A stretch of 64,000 bases of DNA from Rotaria socialis (taxonomy: Eukaryota): assembly GCA_905331295.1 (NCBI GenBank), contig CAJNYD010000373.1:62001-126000 (forward strand), written 5' to 3'. Positions 14,501 through 26,871 of this stretch are shown in pieces; position 1 is the stretch's first letter; each line of letters opens with the position of its first letter. A program made the position numbers and the translations under genes. The notes below the pieces were generated by a model that saw only the letters and a program-made list of their open reading frames with translations, did no database searches and was not told where the DNA came from.

Positions 14501-17500
14501 AAGTATTAACTGCAGATGAAACGGTTAATTCTATATGATGCTGACGAATAATCTCAATCATTCGTTCTTCGGTAAGAAGTTGTACATGAGTTGATGCGAG
14601 AAGTGCAGTTCTTTCTGATTTCGATGAATAATGTAAAAGTGTAAGTTGTCTTTTCCACATTCGCAATTGCGGATGATCACTAATGAAGAGAAGTAAATTT
14701 TTATTTGTTAAATATTGTCTTTGATGATCATTTTCGAGGAGAAAAATTGATATTTCTAAGATATTATTAGCAATTTCCGATGGCTTGATTTGAGTTAAAT
14801 GATAAAAAAGTTGACACCACCATTGTTCATCTTGTTTTTGAGCCCATAATCGAAATTGTTGACGAAATTCATCTACAGATGTTTCATCTCGACGTGGAAA
14901 ACAATTTAAAATATCTATAATTGTTACTGATTGAACTTGAAAAGATTTTAAACGTTCCAATGTAAAAAATGAATTTTCTGGATCGACCACATAAATATTA
15001 GCACAATTATCTAATTGTTCATTGGATACAAGTGAGGCTAAATCTTTATTTAAATAACGAATCTTTTTACCTAAACATATGTATTATTAATAATAATTTT
15101 AGAATGCAAATGCAATATATTCACTTACCTTTTTCAATATCAAATAATATTGAAAGATGTCTAGTTATTAATTCATCAATATTATCAATCATGACGTGCC
15201 ACCATGATGAATTTTTTCCTAGATGTGTATTTGATGTTGGACAGAATCGGTTACTATCTTGTCTTAAATCTGTATCATTGAGTAAGAGATAGACAAAAAG
15301 TGCTGATAGATGATCACGAATAAATGTATTGAATCGGACGTTTTCTCGGACATTTTCTCGATTAGTAACCAATTGAAAATCAGCATTGAATAAAAAATTA
15401 AAACCAAGATCACAAACAGGTAAACCTGTATAAACTGTACTTGTTAAATTATAATTATGTTCGCAAGGAAATGCAATAATAAGTCGTGTTCTTGGAGAGC
15501 CTCGCTGTTCAATTGAGTTTGGTACATCGATGTAGCAAGTATACACACGAAATGTATTGTATCCTACTGTCGTATGTAATCGAATAATAGATCCTGTAAG
15601 ATTAAGAAATGTAAAATCTTCAAATATTACATTTGCTTGTTCTGCTAATTTTGTTGGGCCGATGATTTGTTTTTCGATCGTTGTTACTTTATTGTCTCTT
15701 TGATCAACAATTTCAAGTTTTTTCAATTGACGCATATTAAGTAAAATACATGGATCTACAGCTTTGATAACTTGGTCAAGAAAAATTTTAGCTTCAGCTG
15801 TATAAGCTTGTAATTTGAGTGGTAAATAAAGATGAGTATGTTGTGCGGCTGTGGTAATGTGATTAGATATACACTTTGGAATATCTTGATCTGTTATCCA
15901 TAATGGAGTTATATATGACATAGCATCAATACCTGGTACTTGAAAATGAAATTGCCAAGCATGTGAAATAAGCATGGGCTGATTTGAAGCAGCAAACACA
16001 GATTTAAAACCGACACCTTTTTCACCAATGTGTTCTTGTTTTTCACTTGTCTTCGTAGTTACAGCTAAACTACAAATAGCTAATACATCTTTTGCTCGAA
16101 GACCTTTCTCATTGTTTGATAAAAGTATATAAGTATGATTAAGTTCAATACGTAAACATGGCATAACTGTGGCATCGTAAAAGTTATCTTCAGCATTCTA
16201 TGAATAGAAAAAACAACAACAACAACAACAATTGAGCGAATGAGAATAAACAAAGATAATAACCTGAATGAGTTCATGTAAAAAATGTACAGGTGAACTA
16301 TAGAGATCAGAACCAAGATGTTTCAATGAGCCGCAAATAGATTTTCTCATATCATTATCATTGAATGTTGTTCGTCGATGATAAATTTCTCGAATAAATT
16401 TTTCTGCTTGTTCACTAGTGGCTTCATGTGGCGCTCGATTTTCTAATTCATCTATCGTATTATTTTGATTACAGATATCAACGGCCGTTGCCGTTGATAT
16501 CTGTTTTAATTCAATAGTTTTATTAGTCATTGGCACTTGTTTAAGATTATCGATTTCTTGAGACATTCTTGTATTCTCTTTTCTAAATTGATCTCTCTCT
16601 AATTGAGTTCGTTGCAATTCATTTCTTAATTTCAATAGTTCCTCATTCAGTAAGGTTTGTTCATGTTTAAGTTGTTTAAAATCATGTTGAAGTTCAAGAA
16701 TCTCCAATTTTTTCCATTCATCATTAAATAATGTTTGAATATGTTCTTGTTGCGCAGATTTTTCATCAAGTAAACCTATTTTTTGGATTTTTTTATTCAA
16801 GTCAAAATATGATGAAATTAAATTTTTCGAAAGATTTAAAGGAGCAAATGCGTCAACACTCTGTTCAATTGCTTCAACTGTACATGTTTGCATTTCTTCA
16901 CTATCTTCTGAATTATCTTCTTGTTTATCTTGTTCGCATTTTGATTGAACCAGTTGCACATAGAAACGAATGCACGTATTGATAATATCTTCATCAATAT
17001 TGCTTGTTTTGAGCAAACCTAGAATAGCTCTGGGTATAGTTAGTAATAAAGCATTTTCATTTTGTAATGCCAAACTAACTAATGGTTTTCCGTGAAGAAG
17101 AATGGGCATTAAAAGAGCACATATTTCACTTACAAGAAACAAACTTGAACAAAGTCTATTTTTGCCATGACTAATACAAGCAATGCGAGGCTCAACTAAA
17201 ACATTCATAACTTCAACGAAGCTATCGACATCGTCTACTGTCACTTGTATACAATGATCTGCTGAACCATAAAATAACGATGCTAAACTGCGTATAAACG
17301 ATCGTTCAACGAGAATGGTAGCATGACGAAAACAGCAGCGTTCTGCAATATGTAGCGTGGATTTTTTTTCAGTTGATCTGATAGCGAAGAAAAGAATTAA
17401 CTTATTGTTGATATATTACAATAGATAATTGTGCTCACTTAGAATCATCGGGATTTTCTTCTTCTTCGTCTTCTTCTCGCCATAAGATATTAAGAGTTTG

Positions 17501-18886
17501 ATATGGAGATAAAATCCATTTGATTGCATCTAAAATTTTGCGCGCTGTTAAGGCATCATGAGTTAAATAAGTAATTGCATATTTATGTTCGTTTTGATCA
17601 CCATTTAGAATAGTTTTGCAAAGACGAAGACCAGCTAAGGTTAATGGATAGTGTCGTTGATTGACTAGTAATAAACTCAATGTGTATATTTCAGGAGTAT
17701 GATTAAATAATTCATGCCGAAAGAAAAAATGAGAACCTAATACGCATATAACTAAAATGATAGCATAGATAAGGGGTGTTAGAGTATCATCATTATTATT
17801 TCTAAGTAAATGCAGAGCATAGTGAACTAATTGAGCAGCAATTGTATTTGTATGTTTTGTACCATGGTTATTAAATCCAAGGGTCATTTGTCTTCTATAA
17901 ACGCGTAGTTCTTCGTCGTTCATACGTTTGAAGTCGTCAAGAACAATACGAACGATTTGACGAGCAGCATTTGTAGCTGTAGCTGAATTCTGAAGGTCGT
18001 TAAAAATTGGTTCTAATCGATTCGAGACAATTCGATGGTAAGAACCTTGTAAATTTTGTCGAATATCACGTATGTCACGTACCGTTCGTCGGGATGGTAA
18101 TAGTAGTTTTGCCATATCAAAACGAAGTTTGTCATTATTTGCTCCATACTTTGATGATTCATTACGGAAAATACCTTGCAACAATGTCTGAAGCGTACTA
18201 TCAGTTGAGACAATTTGTTCTTCAACAAGTAATGTATTTTCTTGAAGATATTTTGATGAATTCAATAATGAAAAGAAACTCTTTAGTCGATGATCGTACT
18301 CAGGATAAGTATGTGATTGATAATCTTGAATCGATAGGCTTTGAAAAAGCCAATTTTGGAAGAGTCTTTCTTCGTTGACAAGAAAACAAAGTGTAGTAAA
18401 CGTGAAACTTAATAATAATGGTTTGAAATTACTGAGTTCAATAAATATGTCTAGGAAGGCCGGTTCTAAACAAATTGATCCATGCAACATAATCCAACTT
18501 GATACTTTAGGTTTTTCTTTATTGGTTGGGTCTAATAGTTCAAGAATAGTTTTTCGGAATGTATCCAGTTGTGAAAGATTTGATATATCATCAATATCAA
18601 TTGGTATTGTATTGAATCCATTACAACATCTATGTGTGGCAGTTGATGTCGATTGGTCGGATAGATGTTTATTAATATTAAATATTCGATCACTAAGACT
18701 AATCAATGTTTCATAACTTGTCAGACAAGCATCATTTGTGTATGAAGATGTATCTGAATAATTTGAAAGTAAATATTCGATACGATCATACACCAAGCTG
18801 TGCGGTACGCCTGTTGTGATGATAAAATTTATTTGACCTGGAGGTTTTCCCAGAAGTTTGCAGCATGAACAAATAGATTCTGCCAT
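11543..18886 (-). CDS. ~2360-aa sacsin/NO VEIN-like protein: unknown N-terminal helical region, coiled coil, GHKL (HATPase) ATPase, C-terminal DUF3883/NOV-C PD-(D/E)XK-like domain and RGG tail
   Basis: Five exons (18886-17439, 17377-16264, 16197-15129, 15070-11941, 11864-11543) have GT-AG boundaries and matching phases and total 7083 nt. GHKL motifs: SDLYS..HFLHELIQNAEDN, NNEKGL, IGEKGVGFKSVF, FLFNADF..VTNRE. C-terminal motifs: GQYAEHFF..NWRSSSR..DDSAGYDFEL..YFEVKGT..FNISQNEL. Confidence 0.85.
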
Positions 18887-19291
18887 AGTCTTTATCTAAA
18901 ATGGTGTCTATTTTAAATACAAAAAACTTTTACAATAACTGGTTCGTGTTCTAGTTTTCTCTGAAAGTACAGCCTATCACATACATATTCTCAGGTCAGA
19001 AATGACAGCCTTCTTCGACAGAAAAAACATTAGAAATCTATGCAGCTTAAAAGCAGTTACTCATATCAGAATCTTTTCGGAACTTTCCGAAGTCTAGAAT
19101 AACTGATCTCGTTTATTCAGAAAGATATAAAAGAAAAATTATTCTTCAAATATTAATAGAACTTAATACAACTGAATTGCCAACATGAACTCGAAACTGA
19201 TATACCTTACTTCAAAAGCCTTGCAATGTAAACACTGAGTTTTCGATTGTTCATAATTTTGAGAACTAGAGAGCCTGTATGATATCAGCTA

Positions 19292-19634
19292 CTCAGGCGA
19301 ATGAATCCGATCGGATCTTATAAAATCCGACGAGCCGACAAAGTCCCATGAGATTCCGGGTTGAGGAACTACTAACGGATTCCTAGTGTTGGAATCCGGT
19401 GAACATCCGATCAAATCCAACAGCCGAATTCGATAGAAATTTTAGAAGTCGGATTCCGACGAGGTCCTACAGAAATCTGTCGGGTTTTCACTAGTTCCTG
19501 CAAGAATCGATCGGATTCCAACACTAGAGATCCGTGAGTGGGTCCGCAACCCGGATTTGCTTAGAATCCTGCAGGAACCGGTCGAAATCCGATCGAGTTT
19601 GGTTGGATCCAGGTATCGGATTGTTCGTTCTGGG
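19292..19634. mobile_element. MITE with imperfect TIRs and TA flanks (Tc1/mariner-like non-autonomous element)
   Basis: Left end ta|CTCAGGCGAATGAATCCGAT versus reverse-complemented right end ta|CCCAGAACGAACAATCCGAT. The interior is GC-richer and built from many aatccga/tcggat motifs in both orientations. No coding capacity. Confidence 0.65.
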
Positions 19635-20042
19635 TAGTAACAGTATGAATCCCTTAAAATCAGCCTTCACAGAATAATTTAATATTAATTCAAGCAATTT
19701 ATTTAGCCGAAAATTCAATCCATATTTAACTTTTTTTAGAGAAAAAAGACATTTTTTGCATCAATTAAATCAAACGCTTTATATACTTACTCGAATGATG
19801 AATCTACTTAATCAAGTAAACTTATAAACATGATTAGAAAGGTTTGAGTTAATGAACTATGAATTAGAATAAAACTTTGCATACGCAAAGAGAAAGAACT
19901 AGTTCTGAGAAATTCTTTGACAAAGTAGATAATTCTGATTAATAGTGAGACGTGGCCCTATTATGAAATTCTAGAATTCTAGAATTTTAGAATAAGATCA
20001 CTGCTGCAGCACTTTGTCTGCGATCACATAGTATCATTCAAA

Positions 20043-20341
20043 CACAGATGTCATAATACCTTTACACTCGGTATCGAGAGTTTTACGTCACAATACCCTA
20101 CACAGCAATAATTTATGGAGTATCCATTCTTAGTGCATCTACAATCTGATGTAACCACATTATGGGTATCCACATTTGNTACCCAAATGTGGATACCGAA
20201 ATGTGAATACCCAAAAAGTGGATACACTTAATGTGGATACCCAAATTCGGATACCCAAAAGTGGATGCACCTAATGTGGATAGTGTAGTGTGTTTGTGCT
20301 AATAAGTCGTTACCGGGTGTAAGGATATTATGACATCACTC
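20043..20341. mobile_element. hAT-type MITE/foldback element with 8-bp TSD and internal ~14-bp repeats
   Basis: Identical 8-bp direct repeats CATTCAAA flank it (20035-20042 and 20342-20349). TIR core GATGTCATAATACCTTTACACTCGGTA versus GATGTCATAATATCCTTACACCCGGTA (3 mismatches in 27). Internal TGTGGATACCCAAA-like units occur in inverted arrangement. There is one N at 20179. Confidence 0.8.
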
Positions 20342-21772
20342 CATTCAAAATGGAGATCATTGGGCGAAATGCTTTATGCCCTGACTGAGGAAGCAGTACT
20401 CCCAAAAGTTTAAACTAGTCACGAAAAGTTTTGGAAATTATCTATAGTCATTCTACACCCACACTCTCCGTACATGTGATACAGTACTGCCTGAGGGTAA
20501 GGAAGAATAATTAAATAGAAAAAAATACTCGTCGATATAGAGAAAACATCACTTAGAACCTACATCTACCTTTGCGTTCATGAAGAAACATTTACTACAG
20601 AAATACCCATTGACAAATTAATGGTATGACTCATATATTATCCAATAGAATGAAAAAATTATATTTTTGGTTAGTGACATCTTTCATTTTTTCCCATATC
20701 TTACTTTCTCGGTATTCTGCAAACTCAAATTTCTAGGTCAACCATGCTTGCATATTTTCTTGCAGTTAAATATCTCTTCAAAAAACAGCAGCATGCCTAG
20801 ATATCATGACTAGTAAAGTAATAAACAAAACTAAAAAGAAATATCAAGCTTACATATCGAACAGCTCCAAATCTTCAATTGTGGTCAACGGTAGTAACAT
20901 CGATGCATTGGTAATTATTTAAAGAGCATCAGGACTCCTTGTACGAATTGAGTTTGTAAGAATGTTATCTATAGGATATAGAAGATCTCCTTTCTAATCA
21001 ATACGTTTCATTACACTATCCAACACTAACGTTGTTCGCATTGATACAAGTCGTCAAACGATCATTTGTCACAAACTTTTTGTTCTATTTAACTTTTTAG
21101 CTTACTCTCATCATTTTTTGCAAAAGTATGTAAGGTACAATATATTTCGCACGCTTTTGATCAAAGCCTATGTTTTTTTGCTAGTCAAACTCAGAGACAA
21201 GAACTTCGCTAAATTAAATGCAACTCAGTAATCATCATTCAACAATTGAAAGTAATAGAAACCGTTATTTTCACTCAATGGTCACCGTTGAAAATAACGG
21301 TGCTCGATAGAGAATTACATTATGAATCTATCCCAATCAATCAAAGTGCCATCATAAATCCAAGAGTGGATGTCAATAAGAAGGTCTCAAACTGCCTACT
21401 CCCTTTTTCTACGTGCCCACTTGAAATCTCTCCTTTGTTTGATAAATCATTTTTAGTCTCAATGGACAAGAATGACGTACTATCAGTTTGAAAAAAAAAA
21501 ATTATAAGAAACGAAAAATTGACTTCAAAATTTTCTGTGATAGTTATAAAATTTATCCTGAAATTATTCTCTATACAACAAACAGTTTTCCACTTGTAGT
21601 CTTGACAAAACTTCTGGAATTTTCTCTTTAATCTATCTCATCATGCACTTTTATATGAGTGTCCAAATTTTCGTAGAAATCATTTCGAATTTCTAACATT
21701 AGTTTATTCTTGGAGAAACAAAAAAAAATTATCTTGCCATATAAAAAATTACAGATATCACAATCGTTATTT

Positions 21773-22634
21773 TTACGAAATAAAGTCATTACGTTGCTTC
21801 GGTATTGATGATGTTCCATTATTAAATTTGAGATTTTCTCTTTTCTCTTTCATTCTTCTATTTTGAAACCTAATCAAATATTCAAAGAAAAAACAATCGA
21901 TTTAGAAGTTCTTGTTTTTTTTTTCATTTTTAAATAAATCTCCTACCAAATTTTAACTTGTCGATCGGTCAGCTGAATTCCACCAGCAATTTCTGATCGT
22001 CGCTTACGTGTTAGATATTGGCTGAAACGATATTCTTTTTCTAATTCGAATGTCTGGGCACGTGTATAAACTTGTCGATGTTTCCGTCGAATTTGATCTC
22101 CTAAAGCAAACAAAAGAAAAAAAAACGATTATTTACTTTTCCAAAAGCAATTGATTCGTTTTTATAACAGCTCATTTTTGCTGACTTTTTCTTTTTGAAC
22201 CTACCTTTCATCCATTCATATACATGATTTTTTTCAGTTGTTGATGCTGTCTCGTCAATTTCTCTTTTAAAAACTTTTGCTTGCGAAGATGTGGACTGTG
22301 GATTATGAGACGAAAGCGGCAATTCATAAACGGGAGGTAATCGGGGTTGATTTTGCAAAAGAAGTATATTAGATTCTTGGACAAACGGCTGAGAAGATTG
22401 CATATCGTATATAGATGAGCCATATCCAAAAGGTGGTTGTTGTGTAGGATGATAAACATAAGCAGGTGCAGACTGAAAGTCAGCTTTTTGATGGTCATAA
22501 AAACAATCGGTAGGATCTGATTGATAGTAATGTAAGTTGCCTAATGGTTGTGTAGGTTGAAGCGAATGATGATCGTAATAATCGTTAGGCGTTGGTGAGA
22601 GAAGATAATTTACAGCGGACGTCGTACCGTCCAT
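21773..22634 (-). CDS. MedPost: Hox homeodomain protein, MedPost-like (mosaic of median and posterior residues)
   Basis: Three exons (22634-22205, 22100-21947, 21869-21773). The hexapeptide YEWMK precedes intron 1. Homeodomain: [61 protein letters not shown]6, LTRKRR and E59 are median-type; K3, Y20 and V45 are posterior-type. Confidence 0.8.
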
Positions 22635-25193
22635 TTTTTTAATGCGATCGTTGAAATAGGGAAAAAACAAACGTTAGTCAATAAATATCACTTTTTAACT
22701 ACCGTTTTGAGTAGCAACTAACAAACTCTTATTGTCGTTATAGCAAACAGAAAGAACATATTGAGGAATGATGGCTGCTAGAGAGAACACTTGAGATTTT
22801 CATATGATTAATTTTCTATGTGTATAAATGATAAGAGAAAGAAATTTGATGAATAAAAGAAATATCATTGGTCAGCTATCTCGTTTTTCTTTTCTGTTGG
22901 CTCACATAAATCATATAACATCAGGTAAATCATTTCATATTTGCTTCTCTCCTTCTCGCTTTCGATTCTCATTCGACATATTAGCTAATGCCTATTACAA
23001 TATCTACTGATAGTACAATGTCATAAAATATATCGAACTCGAACTATGTAAATTTATTCTAAATGAAAACAGTTTAGTTGTCTTTCTCTAGAAAAACAAT
23101 ATTTAAAAAAAACAGAGTTAGAAAATAGGAAAGGAGTATTGCACAGAGAGAAAAGGACGTATGGCGGAACAGATCATAGAAAATTGATAAGCAATAACCA
23201 ATGATAATTTATGTTTGCTCAGCACACACTATATTCGCTCGTAAATGTGTCTGTCGACATTGATTCGTAACGGTTTCACACGTAATATTATTCGTTTTTG
23301 GCCATCTGTTGGTCAGAATGATATTTCTTATTTTCATTGATACTTCAAAGTTTATTTAACGATCAATATTGTATGAAAAGAACAAAAAGAAAATTTTTTG
23401 ATGTTTCGAAAGATATTCCGCCTAATGTTTCATTTGATTTTATTTAGTTCTTTTTTTTAATTAATTTTAGATAAGAAAAAGAGACTGAAACAGTAGTGTT
23501 GCACACGGATGAAGTCCGCTAATCAATAAGTAAGGTTTTATTGAATCTATAGTTTATGTTGTTTTTCTAATTTCGCATATTTCTTTTACATTGCATTACC
23601 TTCAAATAGAGTTCTACGTAGAATGAAGGAAAATTCAACTTAGTTTCAAATCTATTTGTCATCAAAGATACTGATAAAATTAAAAAGTTATCAAAATATT
23701 CAATGTAAAACTTTTTCGAATAAAAAAAAAGAAATAGCTACTCGTTGTATAAATAAGCGCTAAGAAATACAGTGAAGCGAAGAATGTTGATTTTCCTCAT
23801 AGATTTTGAAGTCGACTAAAAAATAACGATGATTCAGAAAAATTATCACGCTCAAAAACACATTCAAATCTCTGACATCGAATAAGATATACTTCGAAGA
23901 AGCTAGAAGAAACTCACAAGCATATGTCATGCCCTATAAAGATCAAATCTATTTATTCCAGCGAAGTTTTTACTATTGATTCATCCAGCTACTCGACCTT
24001 AATTATGAATATAGAATGTAATGCAATCGAATTTGTCTCTTTGTTCGGATGCTTGTTTGCCAATATTTTCTCTATATTGGCTCAGTAAACGTTTTCAACC
24101 AGGCGATAATCACTTTCAACGCTGAACTTGCTTAAATTCAAGTTTTAAGAATTTCAGCAAATCCAAGATTTCTAACCAAATAAAAATAAATTCGTTGCTC
24201 GCACCAAATTCTTTTTCTCATCGTTGAGATAGAATGTGAAATCATTTAAAATATAATTTCTTGTTCAACTCATTCCCAAAAAAAAAACTGGAGAAAAAGT
24301 TTTGTCAGCGATGCAAATTTTATCCGTGTATCGACAAAACGGACTTCTATCAGTCAGATACGAGTATTATTTCAAAGCTTGTTAAGAAGAAAAATCAAGA
24401 ACGAACATTAGACATAAGTCTATCCTTTATGTCTTACCAGTCAATACCAAATTATCTAAAAAATACGTTAGACAGAAATTATCTCAATAGTCATGTATCT
24501 TGATCAAGTGAAATCTTGCTGTAAATGGTTCTAACATAATTGGCAAATGGATCATTGTATTAGTTGAAATATATAAATTGCTCGTTCCGAAACTAACTGA
24601 TCTCTTTACATCAATTTTGTCTTCAATCAAAGCTTCATATTAATTTCATTGTGAAAATGAGTGTTTGCGTTTGATCCACCGATGAATACTGTTGTAGAAA
24701 ATAACACGAAGAAAAGACTAGTCGGAAATCAACATTAGATTATACGTCAGGTAAAATACTGAAATCAAGGTGATCATCCTTTTATTCAATGTAAGTACTT
24801 AGACATACATTAGAATTTCAAGTGTTTGATAAGAAAATGAATGAGATTATTCAATACAGAAATTTTTCCAACCATGAATATTTTCCAACATTTATCATAA
24901 TGATTACTGGAAGTCAGATTTCACTAAAATGCACGTTCCATTTCAAATATGAATACAAGCCTTTTATTGACATCTCGCTTACGTTAGAACACTTTAAAAT
25001 TATATTCTTTCAACTTGAACAAATTAACAATTCAATATTACTTTTGCACTTCGATTTCCGAAATACTTTCCATATTGTACTGTGAAACATTGACAGGAAA
25101 TCGAATAAAAAATAGTAATTCTATACTTTTTCTTTTCTTTTGACGCAAAAAATAAAACCAAAGAACCAAAACAACTATAAAGAAAAATTTTCT

Positions 25194-26871
25194 TCACTTC
25201 GATAAAATTTTATTAAGTGGTTCCATAAATTTTTTTTCAAAACTCATTGTACTAAATCGATCAACACTTTCACGTGCACGTTCACGTATTTTTTTTCTCT
25301 CTTCAATTGTCATTTCTAATATTAGACGCATCGCAGTTGCATACGAATCAATATCAGAAGCAAGAAAACCAGTTTGACCTTCATCAATAATATCCATTTT
25401 TGGACCACCAGATTTATGTGCAAGAACAATAGTACCAGCAGCCATCATTTCTACAATACCTAAAATTAGATAAAACAATTTATTCATTAAAAACGATTAA
25501 TAAAATAAATTCATTCGTTAAACCTATTCCAAAATGTTCATTCCACATTGTATGTAATCCAATCATCGCTTTATTTAGATGATTTTTAAGTTCCGAAAAA
25601 TTAATATTTAGTTTAAATTCGACTTCTTCATTCATATTTAAATTCTCAACAAGTGTTCGCAATTTTTCAACACGTTGTTTATCATCTTCATGTCTTGCAC
25701 TGCCAATCAATACTAATCGTAATTTTTGACGATGTTCAGGTAGTCTAAAAATCAAACAAATTTTGTAGGATTCATTATTGTTTAAATTTAAAAAAAATCA
25801 AATATACCTTTGTAAAAGTTCATGAAAAGATCGAATTTGTAATTCATGATCCTTTTCTGGTCGAAATTGTCCAATAGATACAATTGTTTTCATTATTTGT
25901 TCGTCATCATTAACTAATGGCATTAATAAAAATTTTTTAACATCACACGGTGGATAAACAAGATGAATTGAATTCAATGGTAATTTCCATATATGTTGAA
26001 CATGTCCTTGTGTCCATGTTGAATTACAATATGCCATTTGAGCACATCGACCACACCAACCATAAAGATATGCAAATATTCGATAATAGATTAATTTTAT
26101 TTGACTAACATTTGAACTATTAGCTATTAACCGACGATTATTGTAAGTTGGTCGACGTTCTTTCACTTGTTCAAGCATATCTGTACTTATTGTTGGATAA
26201 TGTACATAGGCAAAAATTGGTATCGATGCTAAATAATAAAATATTGGATATGTAAATGAATAACCCATTGAATCAATATAAATATCAGGTATAAAACGTA
26301 TTAATGCTTCTAAACCTAAAATCATTGAACCAACACTTTGTCCTAATAACGTAAACATTTTATAATATTTTGCTTCGACAAAAAAACGAGTTCGAAGGTA
26401 AACAAATGTTATTGACGATTCATAACTTTTTATATTCATATCAAAGCGTTCTTTAACACGATCGAGAATTTTCTCCGGTGTTGCATCTGTATCACCTGTA
26501 TAAATAATTATTTGAATATCATTTTTATATTTTTTAAGAATCGATTCAATAGCAGTCCATAAAACTCGTTCACCACCACCTCCATCATTACAGTAAGGAT
26601 GAAAAAAAGCAACACTTAAACGACTTTGTCGCTCATTGATTGTCCATGAACGACATTTTTTACGATACCAAGGTAAGAATATAAATTTTAAAATAGGAAT
26701 TATCGCTAATGCCCATGCGAGTGTGGTTATTATAAACCAAATCATAAATGTTGCCAAACACAGATTTAAAAGAAAAAATGTAAATGCTGATAGAAGGATA
26801 AGAATAATCAGCACAATGCCGTATATAATAAATAATGTTTCTCCCAATGTTCGTTTTAAAGAAAATACCAT
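25194..26871 (-). CDS. ALG11: GDP-Man:Man3GlcNAc2-PP-Dol alpha-1,2-mannosyltransferase
   Basis: Motifs [68 protein letters not shown] and HKSGGPKMDI across three exons, plus an N-terminal hydrophobic segment. Confidence 0.95.

Noticed and set aside
12330..18716. Several plus-strand and off-frame ORFs overlapping the giant gene
   Set aside because: They are shadow ORFs of the long minus-strand coding exons with no independent motifs.
20160..20285. Short tandem repeats resembling a CRISPR or telomeric array
   Set aside because: The units are adjacent without unique spacers and lie inside a TIR/TSD-bounded element. The context is eukaryotic and there are no cas genes.
21773..22634. Cdx/caudal assignment suggested by the YEWMK hexapeptide
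   Set aside because: The homeodomain lacks the Cdx hallmarks (KDKYRVVY, YITIRRK, RRAKERK) and has RQ.YTR.QT, LTRKRR and RRMK instead.
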